64,000 nucleotides of DNA, from positions 960,001-1,024,000 of the forward strand of contig CAWHTE010000007.1 of the NCBI GenBank assembly GCA_963832165.1, in the 5' to 3' direction. The stretch's first letter is position 1. Every line of letters starts with the position of its first letter. The notes beneath the pieces are model-generated. The model was not told the DNA's origin and searched no databases. It worked only from the letters and a program-made list of their open reading frames with translations. Source of the stretch: an uncultured delta proteobacterium (GTDB taxonomy: Bacteria > Myxococcota_A > UBA9160 > SMWR01). Shown piece by piece: positions 40,365 through 50,175 of this stretch. The position numbers and the translations under genes were made by a program.

Positions 40365-41396
40365 CGCGCGGGCCTCGACCGCGGCCGCTAGGGACGACGA
40401 CTCTTCGATCACCGGTCCCAGATCTCCGATCATGCACTTGACCGACCCGCCGCCCTTCTTGAGAAACTCGGAGACGTCAGTCGTGAGCGGCGTGACGCCG
40501 CGCTCGCGCACCTGCGCAAGCAGGCGGTCCGAGACGCCGCGCGGAAGGATCAAGTAGGACTCGCTCGTCTGGCCGCTCGGGGTGTAGGTGAAGCTGTTCG
40601 CGGCATACCGCTGCGCGTCTTCGACCGAGAGCTCGATCAGCGCGTCGCCGAATGCCGCCGCGAGGCGTGGCCAGTCGTCCGGCGCGATCGCGTCGCGATA
40701 TGCGAGCAGGAACTCGCGCGCGGGGCCGAACGCGGCGAGCGCGGTGTCACCGTGGTAGTGCGCTTCGAGCACGAGCTCGACCCGCAGCACTTCGAGGGGT
40801 GCGAGTCGCGGAGCGAATCGCTCGAGCACGCGCGCGTCGGTGCGGAAGCCGTACACGCGCTTCCAGGGCGGGATCGCGAGCGCGGGGACGAAGCGCTGCT
40901 GCTCGAGGCGGCCATGCGTGAACAGGTAGCGGCCGCGCGCAGGGAACAGGTCGGCCTCGCCCTCGAAGCGCAGCGGCGGGTCGAGCTGCTCGGTCGGGAT
41001 GCCGACTTCCGCGAGCACGCGAGAGTAGTGAGCCGGCTCGCCCGCGCGCGTCGGCAGCAGGTTCGAGAGCACGAAGCGCTTCTCTCTCGCGCGCTGCGGC
41101 GCGTCGACGTCGAACAGGAATCCCGCGTTGGCGGGATAGACGGTACCGGGCCATTCCGCGACGGGCGGCACGACGACGACCCGGATGCCGAGCTCTTCGA
41201 GCTGCGAGCGCAGGGCGTGCCACTGTGCGATCGCGAGCTGCTTGTCGACGTGCCGGCGCGTTCCCCAGCGCGTGCGCGTATGCGGATTCGCACCACCCCT
41301 GACGCTGAAATGCGTCGGGTCTCCCATGAGGACCCAACGCTGGCCCGCCTTATGGACTTCGCTCGCCTGCGGCTCGCTGCGCGAAACTTGCGTCAC
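40359..41396 (-). CDS. Amidinotransferase/pentein family guanidino hydrolase (DDAH/ArgZ-N-like)
   Basis: NPHT, PANAG, FEGEAD, YHGDT, EFLKKGGGSVKCM. Confidence 0.85.
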   Translation of the reverse strand: MTQVSRSEPQASEVHKAGQRWVLMGDPTHFSVRGGANPHTRTRWGTRRHVDKQLAIAQWHALRSQLEELGIRVVVVPPVAEWPGTVYPANAGFLFDVDAPQRAREKRFVLSNLLPTRAGEPAHYSRVLAEVGIPTEQLDPPLRFEGEADLFPARGRYLFTHGRLEQQRFVPALAIPPWKRVYGFRTDARVLERFAPRLAPLEVLRVELVLEAHYHGDTALAAFGPAREFLLAYRDAIAPDDWPRLAAAFGDALIELSVEDAQRYAANSFTYTPSGQTSESYLILPRGVSDRLLAQVRERGVTPLTTDVSEFLKKGGGSVKCMIGDLGPVIEESSSLAAAVEARAS

Positions 41397-42817
41397 GGCC
41401 TCGGCATTCCGGGCGGCAATGCGCCGGCGTCGAAGCCCGCCTCGCTCTCGAGGTGCGCCTGCGGCGCCGTGCAGTAGAGCGTCGCGGTGACGCCCGCAGG
41501 CCGGTCGTTGCCGCTCTTGCCGCTGCCACCGAACGGGAGCCGCCCCGAGGCGCCGACGGTGCCCTTGTTCCAGTTGAGCAGGCCCGTGCGGATGCGCCCG
41601 ATACAGTGCTCGTACTTCGCACGGTCGCGCGTGATTACGGACGCTGCGAGGCCGTAGTCCGAGTCGTTCGCGCCGGCGATCGCCTCGTCGAGATAGTCGA
41701 AGGGGTAGAGCGCGGCCTCTGGGCCAAAGATCTCCTCGCGCTGATAGGGATGGCGCTGAGCGATCGACTCGAAGCGCACGAGGCCCGCCCCCGTGTAGGG
41801 CGGCGGCCGGCCCGTATCGACGAGCAGCACGCGCTCGCCGCCCGCGTCGGCCGCGAGCTCGCGTAGTTGCGTGAGGCGCTCGTGCGCAGCCCGCGACGCG
41901 ATCGGGCCCATGAACACGCCGGGTTCGAGCGGCTCACCGACGCGCAGGCCCGCGAGCACGGCAGCGAGCTTCTCCTGGAAATGCTCGCGCACGGGCCGCT
42001 CCACGAACACACGCCGTGTCGCGGTGCAGCGCTGCCCCGTGGTTGCGGCGATCGAGAGCGCGGCCTCGGCGACCGCGAGATCGAGATCGGCGTCGGCGCA
42101 CACGATCATCGCGTTGCTGCCGCCGAGCTCGAGTGCGAGCAGCTTGTGCGGCGCGTCGAGCGTGGCGAGCGTGAGCGCGCGACCCGTCGCATACGACCCC
42201 GTGAAGAGGATCCCATCGACATCGGCCGTGGCGAGCGCGCGGCCCGTCGCAGGGCCACCCTGCACGACCTCGAGAACGCCTTCGGGCAGCCCCGCCTCGC
42301 GCCAGCGCTCCGCCATCCACGCGCCTACCCCCGGAGCGATCTCGCTCGGCTTGAACACGACGGTATTGCCGGTCGCGAGCGCAGGCACGATGTGCCCGTT
42401 CGGGAGGTGCGCCGGGAAGTTGAACGGCCCGTACACCGCGAGCACGCCGCGCGGGTGATAGGTGGCGCGCTGGCCGGGCGCGGCGTCCAGCGGCCGCACG
42501 AGCGCCATGCCCTCGGCGAGCGTCACCGCGACCTTCGACGCGATCAGGCGCGCTTCCGAGTCGGCATCCCAGCGCGCCTTGCCCACCTCGCGCGCGATCA
42601 GCTGAGTGAGCTCGTCGATCCGCTCGGAGACGATCTGCGCGAAGCGCTCGAGCACCGCAGCGCGCGCGTCGGGGAAGGCGTCGCGCCAGCGCGGGAACGC
42701 GGCGCGCGCGCGCGCCACGGCGTCGTTGACCGCGGCGGCGTCGGCCACGGCGAACCGGCCGACGACGTCCGAGGGATCCGACGGGGATACACTTTCGAGT
42801 GTTGCTGTCATCTCCAC
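41393..42817 (-). CDS. astD: Succinylglutamate semialdehyde dehydrogenase
   Basis: GPFNFPAHLPNGHIVPAL, FKPSE, FTGS, LELGG, GQRCT, LPFGG.G.SGN.RP. Confidence 0.88.
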   Translation of the reverse strand: MEMTATLESVSPSDPSDVVGRFAVADAAAVNDAVARARAAFPRWRDAFPDARAAVLERFAQIVSERIDELTQLIAREVGKARWDADSEARLIASKVAVTLAEGMALVRPLDAAPGQRATYHPRGVLAVYGPFNFPAHLPNGHIVPALATGNTVVFKPSEIAPGVGAWMAERWREAGLPEGVLEVVQGGPATGRALATADVDGILFTGSYATGRALTLATLDAPHKLLALELGGSNAMIVCADADLDLAVAEAALSIAATTGQRCTATRRVFVERPVREHFQEKLAAVLAGLRVGEPLEPGVFMGPIASRAAHERLTQLRELAADAGGERVLLVDTGRPPPYTGAGLVRFESIAQRHPYQREEIFGPEAALYPFDYLDEAIAGANDSDYGLAASVITRDRAKYEHCIGRIRTGLLNWNKGTVGASGRLPFGGSGKSGNDRPAGVTATLYCTAPQAHLESEAGFDAGALPPGMPRP

Positions 42818-42859
42818 TCGCGATGGCGGGATCCCCTCGCTTCGCTCGCTCCTCCCGCC

Positions 42860-43885
42860 CTACGGGAGCGGCGTGACCGTCACCCGATCGCCCGCGGTGA
42901 CGCCGAGCGCGTCGCGCGAGAGCTGCGAGACGTACGGTGCGCCCTCGGCGTCGAGCGGGACCATCGTTGCGCGGAACCCGTGCCGGCCCATCGCCGCGAC
43001 GAGCACGAGCGTCGCCTCGTCGGTGGCGGGCGGTTCGCGCACGAGTCCGGGCAGCACGAGCTGGCGGCGCTCGTGCACCGAAGCGATCGCGTCGCGCGAC
43101 GCGCCCACGTAGGGCCCGCCGTCGAACGGATCGACCTGGTTCAGCCGGCGGAAGCCGATCTTCTCGAGGATCCGCAGCGCCGCCACCGCAGTGTCGTTCG
43201 GCTTGCCGATCACGGCCTGCACGTGCTCGGGGAACAGCGTCGCGTAGACGGGATCGCGCGGGAACAGATCCGCGATGAACTGCTTCGAGTGCGACGAGAG
43301 GTGATCGGCCTTGCGGTAGGAGAGGCCCGTGAACTTCGCCCCGAACGCGTCCCAGAGCAGGTTCCGCCCGGGTTCCACGAACGGCGAGAGCATCTCCGCG
43401 ATCACCTCGCGCTCGAACCGGTTGGGGAACATCGACATGAACGCAAAGCGCACGATCGAGAGCGCCTTGCCGCAGCGCGCCTTGTGCCGCCGATAGGCGG
43501 GGTCGAGCACGATGCCGCCGATCTCCGTGGGGCCGTCCTCGGTCGAGCGCAGCTGGAGCTTCTTGTGCTCGAAGCGCACGCCGAGCTCGGCGCTGCGGCG
43601 CTCCTCGGTGGTGACCTCGAGCCAGAAGTAGGGCTTCCCCGGGCGCCCGTGCTTGGCCAGGATCGTGCTCGTGCCGACGCAGCGCTGGGCGTCGCTGTCT
43701 TCGAGCACGAACACGTAGATGCCCTCGCGCCAGTCGGGGAGCGATCCGCCGAACGAGCGCTGCGACGCTGCGATGCGCTCGGCGAGGAACGTCGGCTCTG
43801 CGGGCAGGTTCATCGAGTCGAGCTGCGCCGCGAGGCCGAGCAGCGCGTCCGCGTCGCGGGTCTCGATCGGACGCAGGATCAGCAC
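42860..43885 (-). CDS. astA: Arginine N-succinyltransferase
   Basis: FVLED, TEIGG..LDP.YR, GKALS..RF, VDPFDGGP. Confidence 0.9.
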   Translation of the reverse strand: MLILRPIETRDADALLGLAAQLDSMNLPAEPTFLAERIAASQRSFGGSLPDWREGIYVFVLEDSDAQRCVGTSTILAKHGRPGKPYFWLEVTTEERRSAELGVRFEHKKLQLRSTEDGPTEIGGIVLDPAYRRHKARCGKALSIVRFAFMSMFPNRFEREVIAEMLSPFVEPGRNLLWDAFGAKFTGLSYRKADHLSSHSKQFIADLFPRDPVYATLFPEHVQAVIGKPNDTAVAALRILEKIGFRRLNQVDPFDGGPYVGASRDAIASVHERRQLVLPGLVREPPATDEATLVLVAAMGRHGFRATMVPLDAEGAPYVSQLSRDALGVTAGDRVTVTPLP

Positions 43886-45249
43886 GCGAGCCCCCGCGCT
43901 TCTGCGACGCGGCGCAGCGCTTTCTCGAGCATCGTGAAGCCGCTCTCGAGCTCTTCGTCGGTGGTGTTCACGGGCAGGAGCATGCGGATCTTGGCCGGCT
44001 TCGCCCCGGCGCTCCAGACGAACAGGCCCTCCTCGAACGCGGCCTCCACGATCGCCTGCACCGTGTCGCTCGCGCCGTCGAACGGCACGAACGCGTGCAT
44101 CGCGCCGATGCCCGAGTGCGCGCCGACCGCGCGCGGCATCCGGCGCCGCAGCGCATCGAATCGGCGCACCACGCGCTCGCCTAGCACGGTGATCCGGCCC
44201 TCGGCTCCGAGGTAACCCTCGGATTCGAGCCGCTCGATGATGCGCGCACCCACCGCGAGGCCCACCGTCGAGCCCGCGTAGGTGCCCGCGATGAGCCCCG
44301 GTTTCGGGTTGTATCGCGACGTGAACAGCGCGGCGCTGCCCTGGAGCGCCTTGCCACAGGTGACCACGTCGACGAGATCCTCGAGGCCGAACGTGCGAAA
44401 GCCGAACAGCTCGCCCGTGCGCGCGAAGGTCTGCACCTCGTCCACCCAGACGGCGATCTTCGCCGTGCGGCAGCGCTCCATGACGTTGCGGAAGAAGGAT
44501 GGCGGCGCGGTGTGGTAGCCGCCCTCGCCCTGCACGAGCTCGAAGATCATGCCCGCGATCCGGCCGGGATAGCGCGCGAGATGGGCATCGATCGCCTGGA
44601 CCGTGCGCTGCGGCGACTCGGGATCGTGGAACGGGACGTAGAGCACGCGCCCCGAGACCGGAAGGCCCTCGCGATAGGCGGCCTTGTCGGTGATCTCGGC
44701 GAGCGCGAGTGTGCGGCCCGCGAAGTTGCGCTCGAATGCGATCAGCATGTCCGCTGGCGCATGCTTCTGGAGCACGACCTTGAGCGCGTTCTCGTTCGCG
44801 ATCGCGCCCGAGATCGAGAGCCAGCCGTGCTTGATGTGCGGGCCCGCATGGCGCAGCAGTGCGCGCAGGAGCTCGGGGTACTCGGCGGCCGGCGCGAGAT
44901 GTCCCTGGTAGACGCTGTCGCCCGCGGCCGCGACCACGGCCGTCTCGAGCAGGTCACTGTCGGAGTGCCCGAAGAGATACGTGCCGATGCCGCACACGAA
45001 GTCGAGCACGGTGCGCCCATCGGCAAGCCGCACGCGCGCACCGCGACCGCTCGACGCGACCAGTGCGGGCACCGCGAGGGGGCGTCCGCGCAGCCGCGCG
45101 ATGCTGCGCAGGGCATCCTCGTAGGCCTTGGGCGAGAGCTCGCGCTCGCCGGCTGCCACGCGCACGGCTTCGATCAGTGCCTGCGCCGCTTCGCGCACGC
45201 CGGGCGCGTCGCTTAGCGAGCGCAGCGGATTTCGCTTCGAGCGGGCCAT
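43879..45249 (-). CDS. Class III PLP aminotransferase (AstC/ArgD-like)
   Basis: SGAIANENALK, FAGRT, ELVQGEGG, DEVQTFART, GK, GTY. Confidence 0.85.
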   Translation of the reverse strand: MARSKRNPLRSLSDAPGVREAAQALIEAVRVAAGERELSPKAYEDALRSIARLRGRPLAVPALVASSGRGARVRLADGRTVLDFVCGIGTYLFGHSDSDLLETAVVAAAGDSVYQGHLAPAAEYPELLRALLRHAGPHIKHGWLSISGAIANENALKVVLQKHAPADMLIAFERNFAGRTLALAEITDKAAYREGLPVSGRVLYVPFHDPESPQRTVQAIDAHLARYPGRIAGMIFELVQGEGGYHTAPPSFFRNVMERCRTAKIAVWVDEVQTFARTGELFGFRTFGLEDLVDVVTCGKALQGSAALFTSRYNPKPGLIAGTYAGSTVGLAVGARIIERLESEGYLGAEGRITVLGERVVRRFDALRRRMPRAVGAHSGIGAMHAFVPFDGASDTVQAIVEAAFEEGLFVWSAGAKPAKIRMLLPVNTTDEELESGFTMLEKALRRVAEARGLAC

Positions 45250-45518
45250 TGCCAAGAGCGTATCGACCTGCCGGAAACGGGGCTTGGGGGTCCGTGCGGA
45301 ACCCGAGACCACCTTTTCGAGTTCGCTCGCCTCGCGGCTCGCTGCGGGCGTGCCACTTGCTCAAGTTTGGTCGGCCTCGGGACGACCCGTTGGTGGTCAT
45401 CGTGCGCGACCCCTCCGACATCCCCTCGGGCGCCGAGCCCCAAGAGTCCCGTGCCCTCGCTATCCTTCGCGGCGCGCGGACGCGAGAGGATTCTCGAAGC
45501 AGGGGGTACGAGGTGGAG

Positions 45519-46367
45519 ATGGCGCTACGCGACGCCGCGCTTCCGATGCGCCGGCGCCGTCGCGCCCTCGAGGCGCGCCCGCGCACCGAATCGCCGCATC
45601 TCGCGCTGCTGCGCGCGCCGCGACGGCCCATGCCGCAGGTCCCGCTCGCGGGAGAGATCCGGGTCGCCACCTACAACGTTCACCGCTGGACGGGTTTGAA
45701 CGGGCGAAGCCGGCCCGATCCCGCGCGCGCGGGCTTCGTGATCTCCGAGCTCGGCGCCGACCTGATCTCCCTGCAGGAGGTGTTGCGGCCCGATCGCGGT
45801 GACGATCCGCTCGAGGCGCTCGCCGAGGCGCTCGGCTTTCACGTGGTATTCGCGGCGACGCGCGTGCACAAGCGCGGCGAGATCGGCAACGCGATCCTGT
45901 CGCGCTGGCCGATCGCCGGCGTCTCGATGCTCGACCTCTCCTACAACCCGATCGAGAAGCGCGTCGCGATCGCGGCGCAGCTCCAGTCGGACGGCGCCGA
46001 GCTCGATGTCGTCGCCACGCATCTCGCGCTCGCCGACCGCACTCGTCAGCGCCAGGTGAGATCGCTGCTCGATCACCCGCGCCTGGCTCACACCCCGACG
46101 CTCTTGATGGGCGACATGAACGCGTGGCGGCAGTGTCAGGCCACTCGCGAGCTGGACCTCGCGCTCCACGACCATCACAACCACGAGTGGCCGGCTTCGT
46201 TCCCGGCTGCGAGCCCCGTGCTCGCACTGGACCGCATCTACGCGCGCGGGCTGCACATGATCGCGATCGAGGCGCACGACTCGCGCGCCGCGCGTCGCGC
46301 GTCGGATCACCTGCCCGTGATCGCACGCGTGAAGCTCGAAGAGGGAAGGGCTCACCCCGCGGCGTGA
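45519..46367 (+). CDS. Endonuclease/exonuclease/phosphatase family protein
   Basis: ATYNVH, LQEV, GNAILSR, THL, GDMN, LDRIY, SDHLP. Confidence 0.9.
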   Translation: MALRDAALPMRRRRRALEARPRTESPHLALLRAPRRPMPQVPLAGEIRVATYNVHRWTGLNGRSRPDPARAGFVISELGADLISLQEVLRPDRGDDPLEALAEALGFHVVFAATRVHKRGEIGNAILSRWPIAGVSMLDLSYNPIEKRVAIAAQLQSDGAELDVVATHLALADRTRQRQVRSLLDHPRLAHTPTLLMGDMNAWRQCQATRELDLALHDHHNHEWPASFPAASPVLALDRIYARGLHMIAIEAHDSRAARRASDHLPVIARVKLEEGRAHPAA

Positions 46368-46379
46368 TACCTTGGAGCG

Positions 46380-47330
46380 GTGGCCCCCGGAACCGCTCGC
46401 GGCTTTCCCCGCAGCGCGCGCCGCGTCGCGGCCGTCGCGCTCGGTCTCGCGCTGCTCGGCGCCGACGGTGCCGCACCGAACGCGCCGAGCGCTCCGTCCG
46501 AAGGGGAACGCCCCGCGAGCGGCCGCTTCCTCGTCGCCAGCGAACAGATCCGCGGCTCGGTCTTCCACCATTCGGTGGTGTTTCTGCTCAGCTACGCCGA
46601 GTCCGGTGCGATCGGACTGATCGTCAACCACCCCACCGACCTCGCGCTGAGCGAGGTGGTGCAGGGTGCCGTCGACGGTGCGGGTTGGCTCCACCTCGGC
46701 GGGCCTGTCGAGCTCCCGATGGTGATGGTGCTGCTGCGCGCGCAGTCTCCGCCCAAGCAGGCGATGCACGTCGCGGGCGACGTGTTCGTGACGGTCGATG
46801 CCGCGCTGCTGCTCGAGCAAACCGGAAAACCTGGTAGCACCGGATCGGTGCGCGTGTACGCGGGCTATACGGGCTGGGGACCGGGCCAGCTCGACGCCGA
46901 GATCGCTCGCGGCGACTGGATCGTCGCCGATGCGCCGGTCGAGTCGATCTTCGACGACGCGCCCGAGGCGCTCTGGAAGAAGCTCCATCTGCGCCACCAC
47001 CGGCTGATCGCAGGGCTGTCCGCGGTTCCGGTCCTGCTGCTGCTCGTGATGCTCGGCTGCAGCGGGATCGAGGGGGCGCGCCACTACCGCGAGGGCACGC
47101 AGGCGCTCGAGCGTGGGGACGCGAACAGCGCGGTGCTCGCACTCGAGCGCGCCGCGGAGCGCGTGCCCGAAGCCTCCGAAGTGCAGAACCACCTTGGGCT
47201 CGCCTATCTCGCGTCGGGGCGCCGCGACGAGGCGCTGCGCGCGTTCGAGCGCGCTGTGGCGCTCGACTGCGACAACTCTGCCGCGAGCCGTAACCTCGCT
47301 CTGCTGCGCGGAGATCTGCGCGCGCCGTGA
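46380..47330 (+). CDS. YqgE/AlgH domain fused to TM/lipobox and TPR domain
   Basis: FLVAS, GAIGLIVN, GGPV, GYTGWGPGQLDAEI..GDW; then LLLLVMLGC and TPRs. Confidence 0.75.
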   Translation: MAPGTARGFPRSARRVAAVALGLALLGADGAAPNAPSAPSEGERPASGRFLVASEQIRGSVFHHSVVFLLSYAESGAIGLIVNHPTDLALSEVVQGAVDGAGWLHLGGPVELPMVMVLLRAQSPPKQAMHVAGDVFVTVDAALLLEQTGKPGSTGSVRVYAGYTGWGPGQLDAEIARGDWIVADAPVESIFDDAPEALWKKLHLRHHRLIAGLSAVPVLLLLVMLGCSGIEGARHYREGTQALERGDANSAVLALERAAERVPEASEVQNHLGLAYLASGRRDEALRAFERAVALDCDNSAASRNLALLRGDLRAP

Positions 47331-47386
47331 TCGCGCTCCGCGGCCGCGATTTGCCGGCGGCGCGTGTGTTCATTACCGTCGGAGAG

Positions 47387-47833
47387 ATGTCACACGAGGT
47401 CGAGCACCGCACGCTCTCCCGCTACCTCGAAGATCACCAGCTCAAGCACACGAAGCAGCGCGAGGCGATCCTCGAGATCTTTCTCGACGTCACGGGACAC
47501 ATCACGGGGGAGGACCTGTATCAGCGGGTGCGCGAGCTGCACCCCCAGATCGGGTACACCACCGTCTACCGGACGATGAAGCTGCTATGCGAGGCCGGGC
47601 TCGCGCACGAGCACAACTTCGATGGCACCACGCGCTACGAGATCGCGCACGAGCACCACGACCACCTGGTGTGCATCCGCTGCGGCAAGATCATCGAATT
47701 CGAGTGCGAGATGATCGAGAAGGCGCAGGAGCAGATCGCCGAGCGCTACGGCTTCCGCGTGCTGCGCCACCGGCACGAGCTCTACGGCCACTGCAGCAAG
47801 TGCCAGAACGAGCCGGGGCGCCGCAGCCTCTAG
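47387..47833 (+). CDS. fur: Fur family transcriptional repressor
   Basis: TKQREAIL, IGYTTVYRTMKLL, HHDHLVCIRCG, LYGHCSKC. Confidence 0.92.
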   Translation: MSHEVEHRTLSRYLEDHQLKHTKQREAILEIFLDVTGHITGEDLYQRVRELHPQIGYTTVYRTMKLLCEAGLAHEHNFDGTTRYEIAHEHHDHLVCIRCGKIIEFECEMIEKAQEQIAERYGFRVLRHRHELYGHCSKCQNEPGRRSL

Positions 47834-47880
47834 GCCGGCCGTCCCCCTTTTTCGCGCGCGGGTCGGGCCCCGAGCCCCGC

Positions 47881-47941
47881 TTGACAGCGGTCAGCGACCG
47901 CCGTAGCGTGGCCGCCGAAATTGAATGTGATTTTCAATTTC
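47881..47941 (+). promoter_or_regulatory. Sigma70 promoter followed by a Fur-box-like inverted repeat
   Basis: TTGACA 47881-47886, 17 nt spacer, TAGCGT; GAAATTGAA-tgtgatt-TTCAATTTC 47917-47941. Confidence 0.8.
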
Positions 47942-48004
47942 AGACCCCATGCTCCCACGAGGAGCGGCTTCCGGCGACGCCCGGAAGAGTGCGAAGTGGG
48001 CTGC

Positions 48005-48196
48005 ATGGCCAGAGCGGAGAAGAGCCGGAGCGAGCGGCACGACCCCAACGAGTGCCGCTGCCTGTGCGGCAGCCTCGTCGCTCGCCGCGTACCCACCGGC
48101 GTCGAGCTCAAGTGCCGGCGCTGCAAGCGCACGGTCGTCCTGCCGCTGCTCGATCTCACCCAGCCCACGGTTCAGGCCCGCGAAGCCACTCCGTGA
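48005..48196 (+). CDS. Small Cys4 zinc-ribbon protein, Mu Com-like
   Basis: ECRCLCGSLVAR..GVELKCRRCKR; 63 aa. Confidence 0.7.
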   Translation: MARAEKSRSERHDPNECRCLCGSLVARRVPTGVELKCRRCKRTVVLPLLDLTQPTVQAREATP

Positions 48197-48281
48197 GCGT
48201 CTCGATTTCTTCGACCCATCTGCGGCCAGCGGCCATGAGCCCCGAGCCCTGCCGGCTCCATCCGAGCCCGGAGCTCGTCTC

Positions 48282-49622
48282 ATGAAAGCTTCCCGTCTGA
48301 TTCTCCCCACCCTGGCCGCGGCGCTGTTCGCCGCGGCGCCTCTTGCCGCGGCTCCGGCCGACGACGAGCAGATGGCCGGGGACGACCGCGTGTCGGAGCT
48401 CGAGCGCAAGGTCGAGCTGCTCACCGACGAGCTCGCGCGCACGAAGCAGGACATCGGCGTCCCCGAAGAGAAGCCGCTCGAGAGCGTCCACGGGCTCGGG
48501 CCCGGAGCGTCGAAGATCTACAACCTCACGCGGGGTCTCTCGATCGGCGGCTACGCCGAGGGCGGCTACACCGCGGTGGTTCACGACAAGCGGAAGTCCG
48601 GCGACACGAACGGCGCCGACTTCACGCGCGCGGTGCTCTACGCCGGCTACAAGTTCACCGATCGGATCCTGTTCAACTCCGAGATCGAGTTCGAGCACGG
48701 CTCCACCGAGGAGAACGGCAGCGGTGTCGGTCGAGTTCGCCACGCTCGACTTCCTGATCCAGGACGAGGTGAACACGCGCGCGGGGCTCGTGCTGATGCC
48801 GATGGGCTTCCTGAACGAGATTCACGAGCCGCCGTTCTACTACGGAACCCACCGCCCCGACGTGGAGCGCACGATCATTCCGAGCACGTGGCGCGAGGTC
48901 GGCGCCGGACTGTTCGGGCGGATCGCGGACCAGATCGAGTACAAGGTCTATGCGGTGGCGAGCTTGGACGCGACCGGCTTCGACGTCCAGCGGCATCCGC
49001 GGTGGGCGCCAGCAGGGCAGCGAGTCGCTCGCCGAGGATCTCGCCTTCGTCGGGCGGGTCGACTGGGAGCCGATTCCCGAGCTCATGATCGGCGGGTCGG
49101 CCTTCATCGGAAATACCGGGCAGGATCAGTCCTTCGACGTCGATGGGGACGGCTTGACCGACGCAAACCTGCCCGGCGCGACGCTCACGCTCTGGGAAGC
49201 GCACAGCGAGGTCACGACGCACGGGCTGCGCGTGCGCGGGCTGTTCACGATGAGCCATCTGAAGGATGCGGGCTCGCTCACCGGGGACCTGCTCACCACG
49301 GGCGCGCTGGCTGCCGGCGATGCGATCGCCGAGAACACGCTCGGCGGATACGGCGAGGTCGGCTACGAGGTGCTGCAGTGGATCGCGCCCAACAGCGGCT
49401 GGACCGTCGAGCCGTTCGTGCGCGCCGAGTACATCGACACGCAGTACGACATGCCGAGCGGATTCGACGCGAACAAGTCGGAGCAGTTCCAGGTCTACAC
49501 GGTGGGCGTGTCGGCGAAGCCGATTCCCGAACGTGGTGCTGAAGCTCGACTATCGCAATCGCGTGGCCCGGCAGGGACAGCTGGGCGACGAGGTGAACCT
49601 CGGGATAGGAGTTGTCTTCTAG
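48282..49622 (+). CDS. Outer-membrane porin with N-terminal coiled coil; three +1 frameshifts (about 48720, 48985, 49527)
   Basis: Signal peptide; IGGYAE, VLYAGYKFTD, EIEFEH / GLVLMPMGFLNEIHEPP, IIPSTWRE / GIRGGRQ / NVVLKLDY...GIGVVF. Confidence 0.8.
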
Positions 49623-50168
49623 CTGCCGTCCGAGCAATCGGCATCTCGATCTTCGCGGCGCTGTGCCTGACCTCGGGCACCGCGCACGCGAAGGTCTTCT
49701 TGAGCCGCAGCGAGGCGCTCGCACTGGCCTTTCCCGATGCCGACCGCATCGAGGACGAGTCGATCCTGCTCGGCGACGAGCAGGCGGGCCAGATCGAACG
49801 GCTCGCGAAGAGCCGCCTCGAGTCGCGGCTCGTGCGCATCCACCGCGGCTACCGCCAGAACGAGCTTCTGGGCTACGCGATCATCGACGTGCACAACGTG
49901 CGCACGCTGCCCGAGGCATTCCTCGTGGTGCTCTCGCCCGAAGGTGCCGTGCGCAATGCTGCGCGTGCTCGCATTCCACGAGCCGCTCGAGTACATGCCT
50001 CCCGCGCGCTGGTATCAGCAGTTCGAAGGCAAGACCCTCGCTGCCCCGCTGCGGCTCGGAGGTGACATCCATGCCATCGTGGGTGCCACGCTCTCGTCGC
50101 GCGCCACGACCGAAGGCGTGCGCCGCGCGCTTGCGCTGTATCAGGTCGTGATCGCCAACCGAAAGTAG
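49620..50168 (+). CDS. Exported FMN-binding protein; +1 frameshift near 49955; start uncertain
   Basis: Signal ending AHA, KVFLS..EAL, AFHEPLEY, W..QF.GK, IHAIVGATLSS flavinylation-like motif. Confidence 0.78.
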
Positions 50169-50175
50169 GCCCACC

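Noticed and set aside
41867..44215. 782-aa plus-strand ORF
   Set aside because: Antisense shadow of astD/astA/aminotransferase; no motifs; typical of high-GC DNA
48700..49960. Programmed frameshifting in the porin and FMN-binding genes
   Set aside because: No slippery heptamers seen, and the same +1 pattern hits housekeeping gnd and zwf, which favours sequencing error
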